Below, piece by piece: positions 36,145 to 48,162 of a stretch of 64,000 bases of DNA; positions within the stretch are counted from its first letter, which is position 1; every line of letters starts with the position of its first letter. Made by a program: the position numbers and the translations under genes. Below the pieces are notes generated by a model. The model searched no databases. It was not told the DNA's origin and saw only the letters and a program-made list of their open reading frames with translations. The stretch spans positions 7,472,849 to 7,536,848 of the forward strand of contig BFEA01000009.1 in the NCBI GenBank assembly GCA_003427395.1. The letters are read 5' to 3'. Origin of the DNA: Chara braunii. Taxonomy: Eukaryota; Plantae; Charophyceae.

Positions 36145-36392
36145 TAATGGGACGCTGGACCCGGTTTCCAGCAGGTGTTGCTCCCCACCAAGAGCTGTCT
36201 CTTATACACATCTAGATGTGTATAAGAGACAGGTTCCCACACATAATGGGACGCTGGACCCGGTTTCCAGCAGGTGTTGCTCCCCACCAATAGACGGAGC
36301 CTCTTCCTAGGTGGTAGTGGTGTCTGCTCTTATCAGCACCACTAACATTGAAGGAGAGTTGTCTCAAAAAAAAAAAAAAAAAAAAAAAAAAA
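36145..36392 (+). mobile_element. Minimal retroposon insertion consisting only of the structured tail plus poly(A)
   Basis: TSD AGACTGT(T/G)CCCACACA at 36129-36144 and 36392-36407; internal duplication around an adapter. Confidence 0.8.
36195..36232. other. Nextera mate-pair junction adapter (artefact)
   Basis: Exact 38 bp adapter with duplicated flanks. Confidence 0.97.
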
Positions 36393-36660
36393 AGACTGTG
36401 CCCACACAGGGTGGAGTGGGTTGGAAAATCTGCTAGGGAGAAAAAAAGGAAATCGATAAGACAGGCCCTGACAGGGTGATCTTGAAAAGCTCACTTCATA
36501 CTTATTGGACAACATTTTCTTTAAATCTGCAAGAAGCCTGTTAAAACAAAATAAAGGGATTCCAACGGGTGGGCAAGCAAGCCCACCCCTTACGTCCCTC
36601 GTATGCATGTATGCTAACAATCGATTATTGGAATCACTCGGGAAAGAGAAAATGTGTTTG

Positions 36661-38783
36661 CTCGTTTCTTGGAACTCGCCTTCAATTAGGCGCTAGCGCT
36701 TTGCGGCCCGCGGACGGCAAGGCTCGTCCGCCAGGATCCACGCGAAGTCTGCAGACAGTGCGGAGACGCCATCGCTTTGATCGGCCATCTCCTTAGGGTT
36801 CGAGTGTCGACATCCCCCGGCTTCACAACAGGCTCGAAGTCACTGTGGCGAATCCACGCGTAGGATAGGTTGACACACTAACGCCAGCGCGCAGACGGGG
36901 TGAGCACCACGGCAACATTAGCGGCACAACGACAAGGAGCAACATCAGGGTTTCGACATTTGCGTCTAACAGCATCATTAGGTGAGTCTCATCAGTGTGC
37001 CACCTTCAGAAGCGGTTGGGCGGCGATTATGGGCACCGAGTTTAAGGAGGGTGAGGGTGGGCAGGGCATCCCTCCTGGCCAGCAGCACCCTCCTGAGCAG
37101 GAGGTGTCCTCCTCATCATGGTGGGACATGGCATTGGTGACAGACATGGTCGGCGTATACAAGCAACAAATTCACGAAGCAGTTGTGATGATGCGGCAAG
37201 CACAAGACAATCTGTCATTGGAGATACTACAAGGGGCAGAAGAAACCATTGAGGGATGGGGGGACGTGTTGCGAGCAATAGTTTCCTCGCTACCGGGCAC
37301 TCTTGATGAGGAACGCATGAGAAATGATATACACGAGTGCCTCATGTTGTTTGAGCAGCTGCGAAAAATTTTCGCACAAAACAGGCCGCCATCACTATCA
37401 ACCACTCTCAGGTGGAAGAAGGCTGTCCTAAAACAACACAGGCGACGCTATGTTGCTGCCTGATCAATCACACAACATTGATGCACGACTTCCGGGAGGT
37501 TGAGGCCCTTGAGGGTGTGCAGGATGAGACCCTGTGTGGCGGATGGAGGGAGGATCGGTCTGACACGCAGGACCTGTAGATGACTGATGTGGCTTCCGTC
37601 GGGGTTTTAGACCCGTACGGTGAGGTGGATACGGGTCCCCGCGGTGGTCAGCGGCAGGATTGGGATATGCATCGCTTAGATGTTGTATTCTCCCAGAAGG
37701 CCACGACGATTGGGTACGGATCGCGAGGTGAGATCATTGCATGTGTTTTTTTTTGCATAGGTCATGCTCTTTATGCTCCTCTACCTCACGATCAAGCTGC
37801 CCTCATCTGCCATCTTTGCTATATTGATACATGGGTGTCTGGGGAAAGGGAAAGATTGTGTATAGGTTAGTTGGGGAGAGGTGGGGGGGTGGGGGGGGGG
37901 GCGCGGGGGGAGGGCTAACATCCCCAGGAAGGGATAGCTGTTAAATTTGGGGATGTGTCGGGAAATTGGGCAGTGGTTTGTGGGGAGGGCCGGGTGAGGA
38001 CGTAAACGGTGGGTGGGACTGATTATGGTTTCCACCAACCTTGCATGCATTGCTCATTTTTTAGGGCGCCCAGAGAATAGGTCGTTCTGCCGCTAAATGT
38101 ACTCAACACATCAAACATAAACCATACAATGCATATTGACAAGTCATGATGGGTATGTTGCTTTCACTGATCAGGCAAGACACGTTACTGCAAACTACCA
38201 TCTCGGCAGATATGCGAAACAGAGGGGAAAAGACTGTTGATGTCCCCTTCATTGTCCCCTTTTCTTCGTGTGACAGACAATTTCAAGGTGACAGTGACAT
38301 GATTGCATATCACGACTGACATACAAATGCTCGTTGACATGTTTGCAAGTCACATGAACTAACATACAAACTTCTTGGACAGGGTAGCATCTTAGGGTAA
38401 GGCTACAACTAGCTTCCTCAATTTCACCGGCATCCTTAGGCTGGGAGGGGGTTTAAGGATTGTATAGGTAATTCTGTAATACTATGGGTTTTGCCAGTTG
38501 CAATTGGAGTCACAAGGATAATCTAACCTCGCCTATAAATAGGCGACAGTTAATCCCCTCTGAAGAGGGCAATCGATGTTGTTCCGCATGATATGACTGC
38601 TTGATATGACCGGCTCGAGTACTGTAAGTGGGAGTCCGGCGTTGGACCCGATTTTCGGCAGGTGTCACTCCCCACCAATAGATTGGAGCCATCTACCACT
38701 AGGGGCCTACTATTGGGGGATGCTCATATCACTTCCAATAGTAGGTTCCTGTAGATGTTTTTCAACAAAAAAAAAAAAACAAG
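36661..38783 (+). mobile_element. 2.1 kb non-autonomous poly(A) retroposon with structured tail and an unknown ORF
   Basis: 16 bp TSD AGAGAAAATG(T/C)GTTTG at 36645-36660 and 38784-38799; tail motif 38639-38689; A-run 38767-38779. Confidence 0.8.
37029..37463 (+). CDS. Hypothetical helical protein (144 aa) within the retroposon
   Basis: ATG at 37029 with amphipathic-looking sequence; no recognisable family. Confidence 0.4.
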   Translation: MGTEFKEGEGGQGIPPGQQHPPEQEVSSSSWWDMALVTDMVGVYKQQIHEAVVMMRQAQDNLSLEILQGAEETIEGWGDVLRAIVSSLPGTLDEERMRNDIHECLMLFEQLRKIFAQNRPPSLSTTLRWKKAVLKQHRRRYVAA

Positions 38784-41284
38784 AGAGAAAATGCGTTTGT
38801 ATGGAACGCCTGCAAATCAGGTTGAGTGGCATAGGAAAAGAAGGTCTAAAGCATGGGTTTAGTTTCCATGTTGTGCAACAATGTGGTTATGCTACGATAA
38901 GTAAATCTCCACTACATTTTTGGATTTCAGTTAATCTTTCCCCCTGTTTGATTCTAGGTGGATTGTGTCTCATTCGGAAGGACCCCTTTCAGCCCTACCC
39001 TTGGACCCCACAGAATGGACCTGGAAGACAGGTAGGCCTCAACACTCACACAACCTCCATACCCTAGTCAAACCAACCTATGGAATGGTCAGAACCCGGG
39101 TGGAGGTGTGGGCGATACTCAAGGATGGATAGGATAGACATCTAAATGTTCACGGTAACAACTTTCATCAGATAAAGTGGTTCAAATGACTAAAAGAGTG
39201 ACCAACAAAGTTCATCTCCATACAATATCAGATAGCCCAATGCTGCCCAACCACAAACGGTTGGCTCGTCGACCACCCTCACCTAGAGGAAAAGGGTATT
39301 TCCCTCCCCTGGTGCAAATTCTGCAAGGAAACTTTGAGCATATCTTCCTCTAGTAACCAAGAGCGGTCTTAACATGGTGCTGATGGGACAGAATCCAGAG
39401 CCAACTTGAACTGGACACAGATCGCAACTGGCCATAGGAATGGACGGCGCTCCTTTGAGGAACATGGCAGCCAAAGGTGGTACTTTGGGGATTGTGGTGG
39501 AAATGTGGTATTCACGATTGGGAGGGAGTGCAGGTAGCAGGGGACAGTGGCGTACCCCCGTTCATGAATGGGGTTGTCTGTGACCGGACCCCAGTCACCG
39601 GTCACAGAAATCCTGACCGGCGGGCAGTCACAGCAGTCACGGGGAACAAAAAGGTTTTTTTTGGGGGGGGGCTGGGGAGGTTTTTTTTTGTAGGAGGTTG
39701 GGGATCGTCGAAGGGTACCCCCCCCCCCCCAATTTTTTTATTATTTTTTCATGAAATATTTTTTAATTCAAAAAGAAAAAAGAAAAAAAAACAGGGCACC
39801 AGCCATCATGACCATTTTTGTTTGCTGTTTTATTGGTTCTCTTTTTATTTATGTCATTACGTTGTGGTGCTTGTGGCAACGGTGGCCGGGTGAGTTATGG
39901 AAAGGGGGGGGAGGAGGGGAAGCATTATAATGGTTTGGTCGTTCACGGGAACAGGGGTCTACCATCTTTTTTAAGGATCTCTTTAAGAAGTAGAAGTTTT
40001 GAAACTGATTTGGATACTACCATAATAAAGCTACCTTTCATTTTTTGTAATTGGATAAATTTTGTTTAGTTTTTTTTTAAGGTTTTCAAGGGTTGAGTAC
40101 TATAATGAGTGAAACCCTCGTTTTGTGTTGCTAAGACATCAAAATGATGTGCTGCACTCACAAAAAAACTGCTCGTGATACACTGGAGGAAGATGGGGAT
40201 GACGTTAAGTATGCATGACCCTTATGGACTTAGTTGTATAAATACTACAATAACAATCACAATAGGACGCAAAGCCTTAACACGGATCGAAATCCATAAA
40301 CATTGCTTCAGTTCGGATTGTTCTCTGTAACTATAAAACATGAAGTTGGAATCGCTAGCAAACGCGGATCAGCAGGCTGCGGCGATTTTGTTGCCTTAGA
40401 AATGTAGCGTTTTATACCATTAGAATTTTTTTCGCCCAAAGCGTTTTTATAATAAACCAATAACTTTGATATGTTCCACACTTTACGTGTGCAACATATT
40501 TTTGCATGGTTAATCATAGAGATTAACATGATAGAATTAGTGACAGAGGTGAAGTTGTAGTAAGGTAACCTTACGAGAATGAGTTGTCAGATGCTCGCAT
40601 GAGAGTTGGACTTACTGCTTTAATTACGACATAATATTTTTAAGGTGTGAATAAACAAGACATACTATGTATTGATTTTATTTTTATATTTGTACAGGAT
40701 AGATCAAAAGTTTATGTTTTGTAACAGAAAATGCCTTCAACAGTAGATTATCAACCTTAAGTTACTTTGAGTACAGAAACAGACAGTCTCCAAAAAAGAA
40801 TTAGTTCGACAAAAGAAGACCATCTTACCTCAATTTGATAATTTATGTACCTGCAAATTATTTAACTAACGCAACTCATGCTATTACCTTGCAATTTCCT
40901 TCTTCGCCCATATTTTGAAGCGAATGATTCCTATATATTGGAATGTAACAAATAAGTTATAAACATGAAACCAAAAAGAAGTACGGTTGCTAACGGGCCC
41001 TAGCCAAGTTGAACGCCTGTAGTAAGTTGTTTGGGATCCTCAAAGAGTTTACGCGAGAATTATCTCAGTCAACAAAAGAAAGTGTCCCCTTACACCTTAA
41101 ACTTAAAAGTTTTCATATTTAGTGGCGTGTGGGTATTATGTAGTAGAAGTTATTTGAAATATGATATTTTATGACTATATTATAAATATACAAGGTACCT
41201 TTACTTTCTTAGAGGGGATAATAGAAAGTCATGTTCGTCACGAGTCTCGGAGCGGTTGCGTGCTCTACTATACTCTTATCTTCC

Positions 41285-41328
<44 letters not shown>

Positions 41329-41385
41329 CAGACAGACAGATTGATTGATTGATCGATTTATTTATTTATTTAAATTATTTATTTA

Positions 41386-41714
41386 TTTAGAATAACCATT
41401 TCGTCAAAACGGTCATTTTATATTTTTTATACCGAAATTGAAACTAACCTTTTTGACCCAAAATATTTCAATTTTTTAGCTCGTGGAGTTCCGTCGTTAT
41501 GAAAACGTCGGACCCCCTTGATGTATCTTGACTGTTGCTAAGCCCAGATACATCCAGGGGGGTTGAGGATTTCGTAAGACCGGACCCTCAGAAAATTAAA
41601 ATTTTACATTTTTGAAGGATTTTTCAATGATTTTGAGGACAAAAAAGTCGGTTTCAATGTCGTTCAAAAAATATCAAATGACATTGTCCGTTCTGATCAA
41701 ATGGTTTTTCTAAA
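41386..41714. mobile_element. Long imperfect palindrome (foldback/MITE)
   Basis: TTTAGAATAACCATTT/AAATGGTTTTTCTAAA at the ends; CCCCCTTGATGTATCT/AGATACATCCAGGGGG at the centre. Confidence 0.75.
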
Positions 41715-43314
41715 CACTCCTTAATCCCTACGTGCCCCCCCCCCCTCCCGCCTCCCCACCCTGACCTTTTGCCAAAAACAAATCATGGAGGGGAGACCGA
41801 CAACCTTGTCGTGTGCACGTAGAAACAAGAATTCATAATCACGCAAAATCAAGAATTCAAGAAGATGCAAAATAAAAATGAAGATGAAATTTTTGTCAGG
41901 CTAACCACCAAGCGAGAAGTAGGGCGTCTATTCCAATATGCAAATTCATTTGTCGATCTTATAAAAATTCAAAAACATAGAAGCTGCATGTATTTCATAA
42001 GGTACAAAAACAGATAAACTTCAAAGAGCAAACGAAATCAAATTCGTCATCCATCCTACTTACGAAAACGGGAAAGAAGTTGTGAACTTTGCGTAAATGT
42101 TGGGGGCATCCTGACCATCCAGAAAACAACTACGTAGAAATAAAAAGAAAGGTTATAGAAATAGTATGTGCTCGATCTAGCAGCTCTCATTGGGTCGAAG
42201 AGGTTGCCTACCTCTCAATATACTATATGAATCTTGTGAATTTCATATATAGAAGGAATATTGGACCTGTTATCAAGCAGGTGATACTACCCATCAATAT
42301 AATAGAGTCCCAAACCAAGATGATAGGGGTGGGTGCTCCTATCACCACTCCTAACAACCTTGAAGGGTTCTGTTTATAAAAAAAGAATTTAATCACTGAT
42401 TGATAAATACTAAATAGTTATAATTTTGTTTCATTCTATACTGGGAAAGATAGTGACTTTTCTTTTCTTTTTTTTTATTTTTTAACCCTCACACGCACAA
42501 GTGCCTCATCTATTATGGGGGGTGACAGATTGGTTGCTCATCACCAGCAACCCAAGACGGAAACTGAGATTCAAATAAAAGTCAAAAGGTGAATCCATTA
42601 CATATGCCCACAGACCGACATGAAGTGTCTCCCAGCCTAATACCCTAATAGAGCTTATTGTGGGCATAAGAGCAAACTCGACAGAGTCTGAACTAATATC
42701 CTCAAATAGTTTCTCCCAACATACATTGACGTTGCCTTGTCAAGGAAAGAACGTGCTCACATCGTGAAGGTGAAGAAAACCCTTATCCTTTTGTTTCTTT
42801 TTTCATTCTCCTCTTGCTTGCGGTGTTGATACAAGCGGTCACGCTAGCACCTCAATGTTGATGGCTCCAATCTATTGGTGGGAAGAAGCACCTGTTGGGA
42901 AGCGGGCACCACGTCCCTTACACAGAAATGTTGATAACATGTATTCGCATGATTGGAGGTCTACCTCTTCAGCATGAGCGCATGATGCCTGATACCTATA
43001 ACAATGCTAGGAGACTTGCCTTCTGATCCTGCTCTAATTGCGGGATAGCATTTGAAAAGAATTTCAGCACCCTTGAACTGATTCTGGGGCCGATCTTTCA
43101 CCATGCAGGAAAAAATAGTGTAATCCTCCCTAGGAGGGGCTTCCTACTCCTTCCCCCCTCAGGCTGGTCATTCTACATGTGTCATCCATGATTCCCCTGT
43201 GTTTTTTCCGCCCAATTACAGCACAATCTATTCATTTCATTCTTAATATCTCTCTTTTGGGATACAGTGTGTATTCGCTCTTGCGCTTTTCGCCATCGGG
43301 CCCCTAGCTCAATT

Positions 43315-43367
<53 letters not shown>
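43315..43367. repeat. (CT)n microsatellite
   Basis: Direct reading. Confidence 0.95.
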
Positions 43368-43369
<2 letters not shown>

Positions 43370-45737
43370 GCAAAGGTTTCGGGCATTGGCAGTCTCCTTA
43401 AATCGCTATTTTTGCAAAACTGATTTATTGAGTCTTTAACGGTGATACAATTCCGCTCCTGCGTGCGGGCAAGCGCGACGTTAGCGCTAGCTCCATGGAG
43501 ATGACGGGTGTTCATGCGCGCACGTCACGTGTGTTGATGTTGTTGTGAGAATGCGCCTCTAGGGGAGCGCGTGGTCGCGATTGGCGGGCGACACGTGCAG
43601 CTGGCAGGTTGTGCGAGTACCCATGGTGGTTTAAGCAGGCATCGCTGGCTGAATGGGCGCAAACCTCTAGTAATGCTTGCAACCATGGCTGGTGGGTGTG
43701 CGTGAGCTGCCAAGGACGCAAGTGTGGCCTGTTGGCGAGCGAGTGGGGGTGGCAAGCGTCGTTTGATGTCAGGCCACGTCATCACATCAGCACTGACGAC
43801 GCATCTACGTCTTTTGGAAATGGAGCATGCGTTGGCTGGTGGCGAAATGGCTAATTCTGCAATAATAATGAAGACGGAATGTGGATATCAGCAAAAGGCT
43901 TCCACCATATCACTTACTATCTCCTAACTTTGGTAAGCACTTTTGTGCCATCTCCCTGCTTCGCGCTTCATGTGAGTGATGTTGCAGGTTAGCATGCCAT
44001 ATGGAGGGGAGTGGTGCTTTATACTGAGCATCGCTTCAGGAGTGATCACTCATGCTCTTCATCTTGCCAATTTGGGTGGAGGAGGTCGGTTGGCCACAAG
44101 AAGGAGAAGAGTAGAGTGTGTCCCATGGGGTGGGAGGAGGATTGTCGGGAGATAATGAGTGGGTGGTCATCGAGGATGGAGTCAGGAGGTGCCAAGAAAT
44201 CGGCACAAGAAAGGTGGCTTCAACTCGAGATTTTGGTCGCCGGCTGCTTGTTGCCCGTTTCACTTCTCCGAGGAGTCATCATGACCATATGCGCAAGTCA
44301 TCATGACCATATGCGCAGGGATATACAATCATCAATGGTAACCGGCATTGTTATTAACATCATCATCATCATTAGGATGTCTTCATCGGTATCATTGTCT
44401 TCATTTTCATAATCCTTGACGTCATCATCATCATCATCATTGTTCTTTAGAGTCATCATTATCATCTTCCCCACGATCTAGTCTTTCATCCTCTTTTTCC
44501 TTTTTTTCCTTATTTTCCACTATCTCACTTGCCTCCTTCGTGCCCTCCACCTTCTTCCCTCCAACCTTCTTTACCTACTCTCGTTTCTCCCCTGCCCGTT
44601 TCTTTTTCTCTGATCTAGCCTCTTCGCTACTTCAATAGTGGGGGTTCTGGTTCCGAAGACTGAAGAGATAGTGGGACATCCAATGTAAGAAGTGGCGGGG
44701 AAAGGATTGGGAGAGAGGAGGCACATAATGGGAGAGAGGAGTGGGGTATAGGGAGTGAGAAAGAGTAGGGATAGAGCGGGGGGGGAGAGGAGAGGGGGGG
44801 GGGGGGGGGGGGGGGGGGCGGAAATCTCGTGTTTTTTCTCCCGTGGTAATTTGGTAATCTGATTTGTTTTCATCAGGACCGCTTCTCATGTAGTTTTCCC
44901 TTATTTTATTTAATTTATTATTTATCTCATACAATTTAGCATTCTTGCTACAAATCTAGTCATCATCATCATTACTATCTTGGTCAATATCGAAACTAAC
45001 ATCTGAATTCGATCATCTTTAATTACTATCTCGTTAAATATCTAGAGTTATTCTCATCCATCCTCATCATTTGTATCTTTTATGTCCCATTTAATCAATC
45101 TGGATGGTATTATTTAATACCTAAATTTCTTTTTAATTTACGAACCTGTCTGGTGTTTTTTAATACCAAAAAAAAAAAATCATTAAATACTAATTAATCA
45201 TTCCTTCATCTTTCATCTTTGATTTCCTCAAATTCGTAACAGTGTAACAGGCACTTCCTTCTCTGCGATTTTATAACGCATTTTTCATAATTCTAATTTT
45301 ATTTTGTATTCATGAAAAATTTGGACATCAAATTTATGCGTGTGTGTTTTTCCTATGGAAGTTTCATTTTTATCTTGATTGTCTATTCAATGATCTTTTG
45401 GAATGGGTTGGATTGCATTATAAAGGGGGGGAGTCATGCTCTGCAGGGGCTTCACAAGGAGGGAAGTGGACGCCCTGAAGAGGGTATGAGCAGATTGATT
45501 TATGTGGGATACTCTATTCTGGGGTTGGGGTAGATGTACGCAGAGGCTTTCTTTGGGTGGGAACTAAATGTCTCTGGGGACATAGAGAGTGAGAGAGGGG
45601 TTGTTCCAAGTTGGGGCCGAAAAGGAGGGCCTATTTATTGGGACTGTTTTTCAGGGGAGGCAACGAGGGGACAGGGTGGAAATGAAAAAGGGGGGGAGGG
45701 GAGGAGACTTTCAATGTTTTGTTTAATAACATACTCA

Positions 45738-45808
45738 TTAGTCTTCAATTAGTTTTCAATAAGTCTTCAATTAGTCTTCAATTAGTCTTCAATTAGTCTT
45801 CAATTAGT
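45738..45808. repeat. 11 bp tandem repeat (TTAGTCTTCAA)n
   Basis: About 6 copies. Confidence 0.9.
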
Positions 45809-46833
45809 GCTACGCACACCCAGGGAGACAGACGACTGTCGTTAAACATCCAGGATTTGGGTAGTACTTTATTGATCTTGTTGTGTCAGCCTATCTGTCT
45901 CCTAATTTAATCCTAGGCGATATCTGGTTTTCTTTTTATGTAAAATACATGGTTTTGGAGATGGTAAAATTATGACAGATGTCTGCAAAGCCAATGTGTT
46001 TCGGGCTCTTGGTTTGTCGATGCTAGAACGATGCTGGCCGGTGCTGGGGCGTTAGCCGTGTGACCTGTTGGTAGCAGGAGCGTGAGGCCTGACAGAGAGA
46101 TCTAGGGATTAGTCGAGGGAGGAAGGCAATCCAATGGCGAACTGGGGGGGGTCGGCCTTGACAACCTAAAGGGTCGGGTATAGTCTTGGTGGTAAGATCA
46201 CATCAGTTGTGTCTGGCATTGGTTAGGGAAGTATGGTCTCTGGGGTTGTGTGTTTGGTATAAGGGATGACTAGGTTTGCTAAAAAAAAAAAAAATAGAGA
46301 TAGTGTTCAATCATGTTATATTACGCTTTCGGGTGTTCGAAAACTTTTGGCACCATATGGCCTTCTTCCTCATTCGGGATATAGGATTTCAGAGATGGTC
46401 GAACCTGGACGGATATCTACAGAGTTGCTTTGTTTTGTGCCCCTGGTTTGCCGATGCCAGAACGACGTTGGCCGGAGCTCGGGCGTTGCCCTGTAACCTG
46501 CAAATGACAAGAGTGTGAGGCCTTGTAGAAAGATCTGGGGTTTGCTGAGGGAGGAAGGCAATCCAATGGCGAACTGGGGGGGGCTGCCTTGACAACCTTT
46601 GGGGCCGGGGATAGTCTAGGTGGCGAGAAGAGGTCGGCTATGGTTGACGTTGGTTAGGTTGGTATTGTCTCTGAGTTGCAATGTCCTGGTACAGGGAGGG
46701 CTAGGAGTTGTTCTAGAATTAAGAGGCAAGAATTGTTGATATAGCATAGTCTTCTATATTTTTTATATACACTAATCATCATCATCATTAGCATCATCAT
46801 CATTAGTATGATTACCTCACATTTCACATAGAA

Positions 46834-46871
46834 CTGTCTCTTATACACATCTAGATGTGTATAAGAGACAG
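46834..46871. other. Nextera mate-pair junction adapter (artefact) with ~105 bp duplicated flank
   Basis: Exact 38 bp adapter. Confidence 0.97.
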
Positions 46872-48162
46872 TCATATGAGGGACCAGAATTGTTGAGATA
46901 GCATAGTCTTCTATATTTTTTATATACACTAATCATCATCATCATTAGCATCATCATCATTAGTATGATTACCTCACATTTCACATAGAATCAGCAGGAG
47001 TTTATCATAATCATCATTATATGAGGGACGCTGAGCCCGGTTCTCAGCAAGTACTCCGGAGAGACTGTGAGGACCCCGGCCTTAATTTTTCTTTAAAAAA
47101 AATAAATAAAAAAAATCATTGAGTCTTTTATTTTATTTTTTAATCACACTGAGGTAGGATCATAGTGTTGACAGGGGTTGCGCTAGGAGTATTGACTCGA
47201 GGATGGGATGGGAGGTAGCCTCGTCTTCTCAGGGCAACCATGGCTGGCCGCTCCCAGTAATCACCGTGTGCGCAATAACAGGCCTCTACAACACCCTGGA
47301 CTTTTGTGTGTAAAAAGAATAATAATAAAAAAATAAAAAAAATGTGTAATCATTATGGTGAGGTACGGGAAGGTAAACGCTTTACCTGGAATGACCTTGT
47401 TGAAGTTGTCCTGTTGGAACTAGGACATGTTATTTCGCTAGATTGACATAGAATCTGAAGTGTAGATTCTGCAACATCTCTTTCTGCGAGTATTAGCTGG
47501 TTCTGTAAGGACTGGCCAGCATGTGCGAAGTTGGACACTATTGATGCATTGACAGTGGAGATTCATTTCGGCCCGTTCTTTCTGTCCCCCTATCGTGGGC
47601 TGTAGTTTTCTTGCATTTTGTCCTCTTGAGTTTTGCTCACGAAATGTGTTCTAGCTAGTCTAGATTGGCTGGGACTGAGGAGATGTAGTTTGCAGTTGGG
47701 TGTCTCCCTTGTTAAGAGTTGGACCCCACAGAAATGCGGAAAGGAATAATGTTTCCGCAAAACTGTTTCCGGGAACCCACAGGGGGCGGAAGACCTTCTG
47801 GCAAAAGCAAAATAATATCTTCCAAATAATTTTTTATTTTTTTTTTTATTTTTTTTTAGAAAATCGGGCCCAGTGCCCAAGGCTGATATTACCAATATGA
47901 AAATTGAGGTCGGGGTCCTCACATTCTGCCCGGAGTGGCCACAACAAAAATTTTATGAGAAGCGGGCACAGCGTCCCTTTCCTTTGATAAAAGCATCACC
48001 TCTTCATCCTTTTTTTAGGACGTCAGAATAATCTATTAAAATTAGTCATGCTTTACTCTATAATCCATACCAAGAGATAGGAACGAGGGCTGATGTAGGT
48101 GGAGGGAAAGGATCTGGGAATTCTGGTAGTGGTCGCAAGGATATTGAGGGATCAACAGTAGT

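Noticed and set aside
36922-37001. Second hammerhead-like core on the minus strand (CTGATGAG...CGAAAC with GGCAC/GTGCC)
   Set aside because: Stem III does not pair and the cleavage triplet is out of register; it is antisense to the retroposon, so probably chance or degenerate.
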